This document shows positions 12,296-22,736 of a stretch of DNA of 64,000 bases, piece after piece. The notes beneath the pieces were generated by a model, which was not told the DNA's origin, did not search any database, and was given only the letters and a program-made list of their open reading frames with translations. The DNA comes from Takakia lepidozioides (Eukaryota > Plantae > Bryophyta). Position 1 is the first letter of the stretch. Each line of letters starts with the position of its first letter. The translations under genes were made by a program, and so were the position numbers. The stretch is taken from assembly GCA_030704615.1 (NCBI GenBank), contig CM060733.1, positions 65,410,001 through 65,474,000 on the forward strand. Direction: 5' to 3'.

Positions 12296-13939
12296 TGCCT
12301 ATTCCGGCTATGACAGTTAGAATACACTTGTATAGACATGGCTTGCCACAAAATTTGCAATAAAATGTTGCATTTCAAGTCCACTTGTGTCACATTCCAA
12401 CTTCACATGACCCTATTTCCGTGCCTCCTAACCCTATTTCCGTGGACTCACAATGGTCTGCTCATGTTTTTTTTTTTTTCCGCTCATGCTCATGCCGCTC
12501 ATGAAATAGCAGCCCCCCCCTGCTGCCCAGAACTCTACCAATGCTACTATGTGTCTCCTCCAACATTGTATCCGCTGCACTTTGGAATTCCTCCGGAGAC
12601 ATTTCTGCTGGTGGCGGCAGGGGCTGAGCAGCTTGAGCATCCCCAACTGGAGCTGCACTCGAGGGAATCTTTGCGGACAATTCTGCAATCGCAGAGGCCT
12701 CTTCCGGGCCTTCAGTGGTCAGGTCTTCCTCAACGGTGGTCAGGTCTTGCTGAGAACGTTGAGAGGCAGCACCCTCCTCCGGTACCAGATCGACGGTCGA
12801 TCCCATTGCCTTCGCTGCAGCAGAGACGCCCCCAACATCACCAGGCTGGAAATCAAGCAGGAACTGGGCTTCAGCTCGTGGAATCGGTTTTGTGGGAGAC
12901 TGCTCCGCCCTCCCCCTGATTGCCTTGTGCTTCCTCATTCTTGCAGGTGAAGGTGTCTGCTGCAATTGAATCTGCTTCATTCGCCTGGGTGGGGGGGAAA
13001 CGGCCTGGTCCGGTTCAGAAACAATTTGAAGGACGGGCTGCTTCTTCTTCGTCTTTGTTGGAGAAGGGCTAGACCCCTGCTGGCGATTCTCCATGACCTT
13101 TGAAGGCAAGTCGCTCTCTGGGGCTTTGAACTGCAAAGACTTGCCCTTGGAAGCCGCGTCCTTGAAACGCACAGGGCTAGGACCGGCAGGAAGACCCGTG
13201 CTCGTGGATCGGCTGGGTGTGCGTGCTGCAGCTAGCTCCACGGACTCTGCCTACGGCTCTTCGGATTCCTGCGATCCCTCCAGCACGTCCACCTTTCCGG
13301 TTAGGCATGCAAACATCTTCTGCAGTCAAGTCTCCTAGCATACAGTCTAAGAATTGCAGAAGAAAAATGAGGCGGGTTTCGGTGCTCGATCAGCTGGCGA
13401 ATCCCGATAGCACGGAGCTCTCACTGGTGGCTGGGTTGCCTGCGTAGCCTGATGCTGCGAGATGGCAATCTCCTCCTGTAGACGCATCTGCTTCCTCCCC
13501 TTCGGCATTGGCCTACGTCCGAAGTACAATTTTCGGAGTTTGCGACGATGTCTCTTCTCTGGTGCACGCACTCCCTCCCTCTCAGGTTCGAGCATAAGAA
13601 TAATAGAGACAGGGAAAAGGGGCGAAGAGTGCAGATGGAAAGGGCGCGAGAGGGGTGACTGAGGAGACACGACAAAAGAAGATGAAACGGCGGTGATGCA
13701 CCACTTGGGTTCGAAAGGGTTGGAGGAAAGTGTCTCCTCGTGGGCTTTTATGTTATTACGAAATTCAAATCGTTCAGGATACGCCTGCCGTCCGAAAAAC
13801 AACCATCATTATCCAACGGTCAGGCCGCGCCGCCTCATGCCACTTCAGTCAGATAGAGTGCAGACATGTGCCGCAATTCCGTTGCTCCACGTGTTCACAT
13901 TTCAAGGCATTTCCGTCCAGCGTCCGATGAGTTGGAGTG

Positions 13940-15115
13940 AAAATGCAAATGCGGCGCCGCATTTCCGTTAAGTACCATCACGAAGCTACACATCCGTACT
14001 TGTTGGAAGAAAATGCGGCACCGGTGCGACTCGGACGGAAATGCGGTGCCGCATTTCTGTTCCTGTTGTTCATAATTCTCAATCAAAACGGAAATGCGGT
14101 ACCGCATTTCCAATCCACCTTCACATACCGTGCTTGCTGGATGGAAATGCGTTACCGCATTTCCATTTTGGAGAGTATGAAGGTCTCACCCGAGCGGAAA
14201 TGCGGTGCCGCATTTCCGTTCTGGCCTGTGAGGGAGGTGCGACTCGGATGGAAATGCCCTGCCGCATTTCAGTTCCGATGGTTCACGATTTTCAGTCAGA
14301 ACGGAAATGCGATACCGCATTTCCGTTCTATATAGTATAAATGTCTCAAGCAGTCGGAATTGCACTCGGCTCCATGCATCAGATACCAAACGGAAATGCG
14401 TCGCCGCATTTCCGTTCTGGAATGTCTGAATGTGCGACTCGGACGGAAATGCGGTGCCGCATTTCTGTTCCCGTTGTTCATAATTCTCAATCAAAACGGA
14501 AATGCGGTACCGCATTTCCGTTCCATCTTCACATACCGTGCTTGTTGGATGGAAATGCGTTACCGCATTTCCGTTCTGGAGAGTATGAAGGTCTCACCCG
14601 GGCAGAAATGCGGTGCCGCATTTCCGTTCTGGCTTGTGAGGGAGGTCCGACTCGGATGGAAATGCCCTGCCGCATTTCAGTTCCGATGGTTCACGATTTT
14701 CAGTCAGAACGGAAATGCAGTACCGCATTTCCGTTCTGGATAGTATGAATGTCTCAAGCGGTCGGAATTGCGCTGTCTCAAGCGGTCAGAATTGCACTCG
14801 GCTCCATGCATTAGATACAAAACGGAAATGCGGCGCCGCATTTCCATTCTGGAATGTCGGAAAGTGCGACTCGGACGGAAATGCGGTGCCGCATTTCCGT
14901 TCCACCTTCACATACCGTGCTTGCTGGATGGAAATGCGTTACCGCATTTCCGTTCTGGAGAGTGTAAAGGTTTCCCCCGGACGGAAACTCGGTGCCGCAT
15001 TTCCGTCGCTCTGGTGCATGACCAAGATGCAATACGGAAATGCGGCGCCGTATTTCCGTCCAGCAGCAATCGACAGAATCACTCCGGACGGAAATCTGAA
15101 ACCTCATTTCCGCAT
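13940..15115. repeat. Palindrome array between cargo gene and transposase, with a ~408-bp higher-order repeat
   Basis: The same palindrome-plus-spacer series starts at 14026 and again at 14434. Confidence 0.95.
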
Positions 15116-15493
15116 GCTGAACCTGAATGGGTTGCATTGTTCCGAAACAACAGAATTGTGGCCAGTCTTGATGAGCACAACTTGGTTGTCTGACCGTTTT
15201 AACTAACAGTACTGGCACTTGTCAGTGCGAACGTTCCTGTCTGCACCGAGAATACTGCTGGATCCACCCTTAGGAGAAACTGTCAGGAGATGTTATTTTG
15301 TCGCCGAATCGGCCATCATTGTCTAACTTACTGGCTATGGAATCACACCTCCCACCTTCATGCATGTAGCTTGAAACTATACTTTCCACTTCAATGTGCG
15401 ACTTCCAATCGTCGATGGACTCCGCATGGTGCCTGTGAGCCTTCGTCTGTCGCTATACTGAACCTCGCACTTGCCAACTTCGTACGGTCTTCC

Positions 15494-18400
15494 ATGGCTC
15501 CGAATTCCTACGCTATAGTTTGTTGTCCTCCGCAACTTGGGAGAGCCTGGATCCCAAACGAGGGAGGACTTTGCAGAGTGACTGAAACTTACCTTTGTTC
15601 CAAATTCAAGCTCAAACCGGGCACAGTTTATTTGGAAGAAGAAAGGAAGGATGTTCCTGGACAGGTTGACGAGACCATTGTCGTGCTAGGTAACGACGGA
15701 GGTTGCGGAATCGAATGGCACATACCCCCATCAGACACCATCCTGTACCGAGCTGTGGGAATGCCCATTCCTTTTCCGAATCAGTCGCTGCCCACACCAT
15801 CCACAAAGGAGTCCGGAAACCGACAAGCGGCCACTGCCAACAGAGAGGTATGCAACGATAATCATTCCCGACCTGGACCATCAAGACCCTCCATAGCTTC
15901 TCGGGTGGACGTATTCGACATTTCTGACGATGAAGATGAGTGCATTGAGGTCCCCATGTCCTCTGTGCGGGGAAGCTGAGGTGCCTCAATCCCGCCTGCT
16001 TCCACTTTCTCTCCAAAGGAGGGCGGAGAAACGAGACGGATTGGATTGGCACAACGCATCATCCATTCATTGTCTCCAGCCAAGCTCCTGCGGGTACTTT
16101 CAAGTGCGCACATTGCAAAGAACCACCGACGTGCATGTCCATGTGCAGAGCCAAGCAATATTACGTTATCCATTTGCTCCCGGACTTGACTAGAGCTTGC
16201 ATACACGTTGGGGTCCACTGCCACCCCTTGGCGAGAGGCAACATGCGTGAGGCTGTGCAGGAAGCACACGACATCATAAAAGAAGAGGTGAAATTGAGCC
16301 CCGGAGCCAGACCAAAGCAGATTCAACTGAAGGCAGCCCACAAGATTGCTCTTGGCAAAATCATGTCTGAAGATGGTTCAGACCAAGTGCCCTTGAACGA
16401 AGAGGAGATGCTTGACCTGTTGGAGTCCGTCTCGCACGTTTGTAGTCCGAATGTGCGGAATCACATCGTATCTTGCAAGCGGGAGTTCGGCCGGGGGTCG
16501 GACATGCACTCAATCCTGGAGGTGAAACGAATGACTGGATATGACTACATCCAAGGTAGCAGGTTTCCAGGGCAAGGTAGCGAATCCGATCGTTGTTACA
16601 TTTTTAAAATGTCGACGTGTGGGCCTGGGAGTGGAGTCGACTTGGTCACTCGCATGACAACTGGAAACTTGTCGAATGCTTGGGTGATGTTTGATCACAT
16701 CAAGCGAATTACAAACCATCAGTGGGTGACTATGGGTGCGCATGTTTATGACTATCACTCCAAGAGGCTCATGACGATTGCAATCTGCGAGATGAAAGGG
16801 GAGGACACACAGTCGGAGATGCATCTGTGGGAGGGCATAAACGAGCAGATGGCAAGGGCGGGATTGCCAGAGCCCAATTTCAGGGGATTCATGGCAGACA
16901 ACGCTCAGGCCAACTGGGCAGCGGTGCGGCGTGTGTACGGTGAGGACCCCAATGTTCCAATAGAGGGGAAAGAGAGATCATGTGGATTCCATTGGATGCA
17001 GAGTCTATCCCACTACACTACCAAATTTGTTGCTAGCTCATTCCAGGCTGAACACCGTGTCATTTGTACGGCGTTGAAGGATGCACCCACATTTGATGAC
17101 GCGGAGGTTAAGTTTGCTATCATCGAGGCTTGGGGAACACGTCAGGTGCAGTGGAGACAACCAATCTGGGAGCCTTGCACAGCTGGTTGGGGTGGTGGCA
17201 TTTCCGGTATCGACAATTAAGACAGTACATGCGGGAGGTATGATGCTGTCACTTTCGTGCAATTGTCTTTCTATTACGGACCTTTCCATTGGTTCCTCAC
17301 CATTGTCTGTGTCCTTGTAGGAGCGGTGCTTGGATTCCGACACGGACATGCCGAACACGAATATGGCAGAATCAGTGCACTCCTCCTGGCGAGCGTCTTC
17401 TGCCGCACATCTGGTGGACGTAGTGACGGCCACAACGGAGGACATCGACAGGTCAATCATGCAGCAAGCCATGTACTACAAGTTCCTGAGCGGGAAACAA
17501 TGGGGCTTTGGGCCGGACAGGGAGGAATTGTTGGTGCGAACAGCTTCGAGGTCGAAGAATCCACTGAAATGGGCGACAACATTGCGAGAGAAGATCAAAG
17601 GGACGCCTCTGCACCGCAGAGGTGAGCACCTAGAGGGGGACGTCCGTACTCGCCCTGTGAGGCGGAGGATTGAAGAGGAACCCGGGTGCAAAGAGGATTC
17701 CCGGAGATCCGACAGGAACATTCGGACAGCACCTCGAGGGCCCGTCATGTTGCCGCACAATGTGTCTTCCAGCAGTGGAAGCCCAAGAAATTCCAGATCG
17801 CCATCGCCTTCAAGCGGGGATTCCGTGCGAGAAATTCCCACCGCTCGCTTGCCCCAGATTCCGCCCCCTGTTATGCAGTATGGCCAAGCCATTGTGGAGA
17901 CGACTGTGTCTACGTCACAGTGGAGAATTGCTCGCACAAAGCCGTCGTTTCGAGGCAGGTGTTCCGCAATTCGAGTGGATACACGGCAACGTTGTTTAGA
18001 GATGATAAGGAGGAATCCAGATGCTGCTGTCCCTGCTCCTACTTTTACAGGAAGATTTGTCCATGCAAAGTTTGCGGAGGCGACAACCACCCAGTTCTGG
18101 TTCTGCAGGCACGACATTATGACTTGCGTGTATGGAAAGCCCAAGTACGGCATACAAACAATGCCAGAGGCTCCCCCGGTGTGGCCGGTGGAACCAGGCT
18201 GCGATCTGAGTCAGGTTGAGGCCGACGCCCTTACCGCCGCAAGATTTCGGATGGTGCAGCGCACTGACGTCCCCAGACAACCATTTCCGCTTCCACAGCC
18301 TCCACCACCGACCCCTGTGAGAGCAAGAACAATGGGACTCGACAGCTCTAAGCATCCTACACACCGTTGGGGGAAACCGAAGAGGCGGCGACCTCCCTCA

Positions 18401-18749
18401 AAGTGAACGAGACAAGGATGGGGAATGCACTTCGGATGAACTGTACAATCCAGAGCTCGACAGAGTGCCCCCACCAGGCTTCGGGCGTGTGTATCAGATG
18501 GCCACGGCAGGCTCAGCTGTTCACAATGAGGTGTACACCATCACCATTTCAGAATTACCCACCTGCAATTGCACCGACTTTCAGATCATGGCGAACAAGG
18601 GGGCATCATACTGCCCTTGCAAGCATCTGTACTACGTGTACCTAAAGAGACTCCGGTGTAATTCCACAACTCATCACTTCATACATGCACCAGGGTTGAG
18701 CCCCCAAGAGGTGCACACTCTTCTGAATATGGATCCAGGGGACCAGTGA
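15494..18749 (+). pseudogene. Mutator-like (MULE) DDE transposase with C-terminal SWIM zinc finger, disrupted
   Basis: HxGxHxH (HVGVHCHP), first D in VMFDHIKR, second D in FMADNAQA, CxxH (SCGFHW), E in TNMAESVHS, SWIM CNCTDF...CKHLYYV. Frameshifts or stops near 15979, 17140 and 18406. Probable intron ~17238-17320. Confidence 0.88.
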
Positions 18750-19030
18750 CCTTGGCTTGCGGTCCCAACACAATGGTACGCCCATCTTTTTCGGATAGTA
18801 GAACTGTACTGCTGCAAGTAGTTCTGACTCTGGCCACAGAAAGGTCCGACTTATGTCTTGCCTACCAGTAACCTGTTTTGCTCGAACTAAGATAATACTA
18901 TGTCATTCACTCGTGTTTCCACGTGCATGTATTTTTGTGTGTTGGAGGGTTCCTATTTTTCTGCTCTCCCAAACTTTGCTTTCCTCATTCGACCCCCGGC
19001 AAGGAAATGCAGCGCCGCATTTCCAAGTAA

Positions 19031-19320
19031 CGTCGTAGGTACTGGTATGTATCAGATTAATATCTATCAAGTATCAGGCTGAAGCCATGGAGTCTCTAAT
19101 CTGCTCTACATTACAACTCTACTGCTTGCATTCATCAAGCATCAACAGATCGTTCTCCTCCTACTCCGTGCTCTCCCTCCTCGCTCCTGGCTTTATCTTC
19201 ATCCATTGTTCTAACCGTTTCCCTCACTAACCGTCATCCGTGAACTAACATGTTTCATTCGCAGATGTTGTTCCCCACAGTCGTTCCCTGTCCTGCTATC
19301 CGTTCCCTATGGTCGTGACA
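19031..19320 (-). mobile_element. Possible short solo LTR
   Basis: Minus strand starts TGTCACGACC and ends CCTACGACG (TGTC...GACA-like ends). No TSD seen. Confidence 0.35.
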
Positions 19321-19655
19321 GCTGTGTCAAGCTGTGACTGGCTGTGTGAAACTGTGACGGGCTGTGACTAGCTGTGCGACTGTGTTGGGCTGTGTCGGGC
19401 TGTGTCGAGCTGTGACTGGCTGTGCGACTATGTCGGGCTGTGACGGGCTGTGTCAGGCTGTGACTGCATGTGCGACTGTGTTGGGCTGTGTGGCTGTGAC
19501 GGGCTGTGTTGGCTGTGACTGGCTGTGTTGGACTGTGACGGGCTGTGTTGACTGTGACTGGCTGTGTTGGCTGTGTCGGGCTGTGTTGGCTGTGACTGGC
19601 TGTGTTGGACTGTGACGGGCTGTGACGGGCTGTGATGGACTGTGTTGGGCTGTGT
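19321..19655. repeat. Minisatellite of 9-10-bp units GGCTGTG(AC/TT/TC)
   Basis: Read directly. Confidence 0.92.
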
Positions 19656-22429
19656 ATCTCTCCCCCTAAAGCCTATTGCTGTCACCCCTAAGGCTCCTGT
19701 TGGTCTCAGTCTGTGTAAAATTTAAGGGTACCCCACAGATCCCGTAAAAGCGTCTAAGTCCCAAGCAGTCCTCTAACATTTCCTGGCCAGGTTGATCAAG
19801 TGTTTTTTTCTGATTGTGTGAAGGAGCCAGGGTGGAAAGTCATCCTAGAGAAGAGCCCCCGAGCACGTAGAGTGGTTGCGACATATCAATTGATGTAAGT
19901 GAAGGATTGTTAGCCCAACAAAGACTAGAGGAGACTCTGGTTACTGATGGCCCAACATGCAGCCGAGCGGTACCGGTTACTCCAGAGCAGGTGGCCTCCT
20001 TGTATCTCCGAGCACCCCGTATACGTGGTGATGTTGAGCCAACCCTTGGACAAGATCAAGTCTGTGATGAAGACAGTGATACATGTAGTGACCCAGACAT
20101 AGATGAGGATGATGAAGATTAGATATGCGCGATTTGTGCACTCCAGTTATAGACCATGCATGATAGTTTAAGGTGGTAACACTCCCTTCGCATTCCCATT
20201 AAGATATCATGCTTGGACACTGGATTTTATGATCAATTATGGAGTGTTTTCCTTTCAGCACCCTTTATTCATTTGTTGTTGCAATTGGCTTTGGACCAAC
20301 CGTGCTGGTACCATTGCCATGGGTTCTGCCTGCAATGTTTTCTTGCCATGGATTCGGCACACGCCACGAAAGGCCATCCAGACCATCCTCTAGAAATGCT
20401 CCAATGTTGTTTCAAACATCTCCACATTGCAATGGATACAACACTGACATTAGATGAGTGAAAGGGAGACTAGACCTCCAGCCAGCCGGCTTTCCCACAT
20501 CAAATTGAAGGGGATCTGTAGATTATAGATAACGGCTGTTGCCTTCTCAATGTCTTTTCCAATCACCTTTGCAATGAACCAGGGTATAAGATCCTTCAAA
20601 TCACAAGTTTGAGCATCACGCACAAGCCACTTACGGGGATAGAGTTTCCAATGCGAACCATTGGTCTTTTATTGATAGCATTGTTGTAAAATACATGGAC
20701 CAACATGGTCAATTTCGGGAATGACATATAGTACGCTTTCATGTACTATGTAAGCATGCAACTATGTACCAGTGACGTGGCTTGTTCGCCACTTAACCTG
20801 TTTGCCCATTCAGCCATCTCCACATTGTCATGGATTTTGCATGCTGGATTGTGAGGCCATCCACACCGTCCTCTGGAAATGCTATCATGGGGTTTCAGCT
20901 ATGTCCACATTTCCTTGGATTATGCCTGCACGAAGCAATGCCAACTGCATTCAGCACCCTCCACTTTATTATAGTATTGCAGCAACATTCAAAGCACTTC
21001 AATTTGTATCCATCGAAAACATCTAGGCTGGAAAAAGACATTGTTGCAGCAGAACTTAGGAAAGTACTTCTCCCCTTCCACTACACACGTGAAATGAAAG
21101 AAGCCAACCAACAGCATACCAGCCAAGAAAATATGAAACCAGCCAAGAAAAGAGCCAATATATGCAGTGAAGGTCGACACTAAATGAAACTTATCCAACA
21201 CTTACATTAGAGGAGGGAAGCTGAGTCTTACCTCCATAAGCTTGCCCACATCAAATTTGAGAGCTTTCATAATTTTTCCTTTCCGGTTGAATGAACTTGG
21301 CTACAAGATCCTTCAAATCACAAGTTTGAGCTTCACACACAATGAACTTACAGGGATTGAGCTTCCAATGCGAACCAGAAGTCTTATATTGATAGCATTG
21401 TTGTAAAACACATGGACCAACAATGACAGTCTCTGGAATGACATATAGTACAGTAATGACATCTAGTACAGCATGCCGCTTCCAGTTGACCATCTACCCA
21501 TGTAGGTTTCTTGTAACTATCCTTCCACAGGGAATCATAGGTAATGTGGAGCTTGAAATCCAGCCCTCTTGGATGAATCTGGACCCACACTCTATCCCTG
21601 CTCCTTCAGCTATCCATGCCTCAGACAGCCTACAATTCTACCAGCAAACACCCCAACCATACTGGTGTGGAGTTCTTCCCCAAAACACCCCAACCCTATT
21701 TATCACAATCTGAAATGCATCTGCTTCCCTCTGTAGTCCAACAGGCATTCGCCTTTTTGTCTCCATTGTCCCACCATTGGGGTCGGAAAGTGTTCACCCC
21801 AAAGCTTCTCCTCACCTCTATTATATGTTTTGGATACTCCCTGCTGCCACACTGGCAGTAACTTGCCAAAGTCACTCCAAACCACCACAGATCTACCCAA
21901 CGACCTAACTTACAGAATTCAATATGCATCTTGCGGCCGAGTCTGATGAGAGGGCAACACAGGCTGAAATAGGTTGAAGAAGAAGGTGCCCTACCACATT
22001 GTCCTTGACCTGTCCTGAGGATTTGACCGATGACCTCTTGTGTGTGCTGCTTGTGTCTGTAGTCAGGTAATGTCGGATTGGTCTGTGAGATCAAACCACT
22101 ACGGCGTAGATGAGTAGTCAGAGATTGAAACACGCTTGCTAAGACCAAGTTGACTCTCCCAAGAATGGCGAGATCGCTTCTCCTCGTCTCGTCTCCTCCT
22201 CCTCTTCTCCTTCGTGCATCATTTGCTCAACGCCTCCATCCCATGCCCCTGCATATCCTGCTATCATCGCGTTCCATTCCCTCAGCTATGTGGTATGGCG
22301 CAGGAGACAAAAAACGCCAAGTCCAGCCCTCCTTTCTGTTCACGATTACACTAATGGGCAACCTTATTAGTAATTTTTTAACTTTTTTAAACATAATGGG
22401 CAACCTTATTTGCATTATATGTGCCTTCA

Positions 22430-22736
22430 AAATGACACGTGTAGTGATGTAGTCGTATAAATAGAGCTCTGAAACCATCTTCAGTCATGGGGTCATAAGA
22501 TTCCATGAAACGTCGTCCACGTGTAGTCAAACATATCACACTAGTCATATAAACCATCCCTGTCATCATGGTCAACCAATGCTCCCTAACTTTCCGGAGT
22601 CATGTAGTGATAACCATTACTACAAAGTCATAAAACTAAAACTGTAATGCATTTCAGCGCTCTGTAGTCATGTACCTAGTGCAGTTTTATGACTCCGCCA
22701 AAGCCGTAGTCCTAAAAACGCTCATCTCTTGTAGTG
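22430..22736 (+). mobile_element. Probable CACTA (En/Spm) 3' end
   Basis: Ends ...CTCTTGTAGTG, with clustered GTAGTC/GTCAT subterminal motifs. The matching CACTAC end was not located. Confidence 0.4.

Larger units (their letters stand above)
6709..12517 (-). mobile_element. Nested non-autonomous MULE copy B (related subfamily) with TIRs and 8-bp TSD CCCTGCTG
   Basis: Left end GAGGTTAGCTATTTCATGAGC, right end GCTCATGAAATAGCAGCCCCC. CCCTGCTG at 6701-6708 and 12518-12525. Excision restores the frame ...RVLGSR-VFQRTLRIPLCRMVTLP. Contains transposase and cargo-gene remnants. Confidence 0.92.
2564..13595 (-). pseudogene. Multi-exon MULE cargo gene: ParB/Srx-like domain plus beta-class N4/N6 DNA methyltransferase-like domain, interrupted by nested MULE B
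   Basis: GT-AG exons include 13595-13425, 13319-12518 joined to 6700-6253, 6140-5951, from 5850, 4918-~3798, 3701-~3437, 3334-~3140 and 3033-2564. ParB-like FFVWDENHRLLAW at 6378-6416. Motif-IV-like DMIILDIPDG at 4041-4070. Motif-I-like R(K)SPAFI..IMETCT.VEGTVLDLICGTG/ASMWAGRFSDRHLFAYEED. Premature TAG near 13251. Confidence 0.65.
1..19025 (+). mobile_element. Large MULE copy A, partial: gene X pair, palindrome array, ParB/MTase-like cargo gene (-), palindrome array, MULE transposase (+)
   Basis: Collinear in inverted orientation with copy C (41862-49375), which ends in the family TIR. Positions 1-106 match 55477-55582, which lie ~1 kb inside another TIR, so the left end is probably ~1 kb outside the window. 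The right TIR was not found. Confidence 0.7.

Noticed and set aside
6709-12517. hAT classification of element B because of the 8-bp TSD
   Set aside because: Its transposase remnant is MULE-type and homologous to 15494-18749.
13940-15115. CRISPR array (palindromic repeat plus spacers)
   Set aside because: Spacers recur in higher-order repeats and vary in length, there are no cas genes, and the context is eukaryotic and intron-containing.
19364-19685. Cys/Val/Gly-rich and Ser/Gln/His-rich ORFs
   Set aside because: Translations of the GGCTGTG minisatellite.
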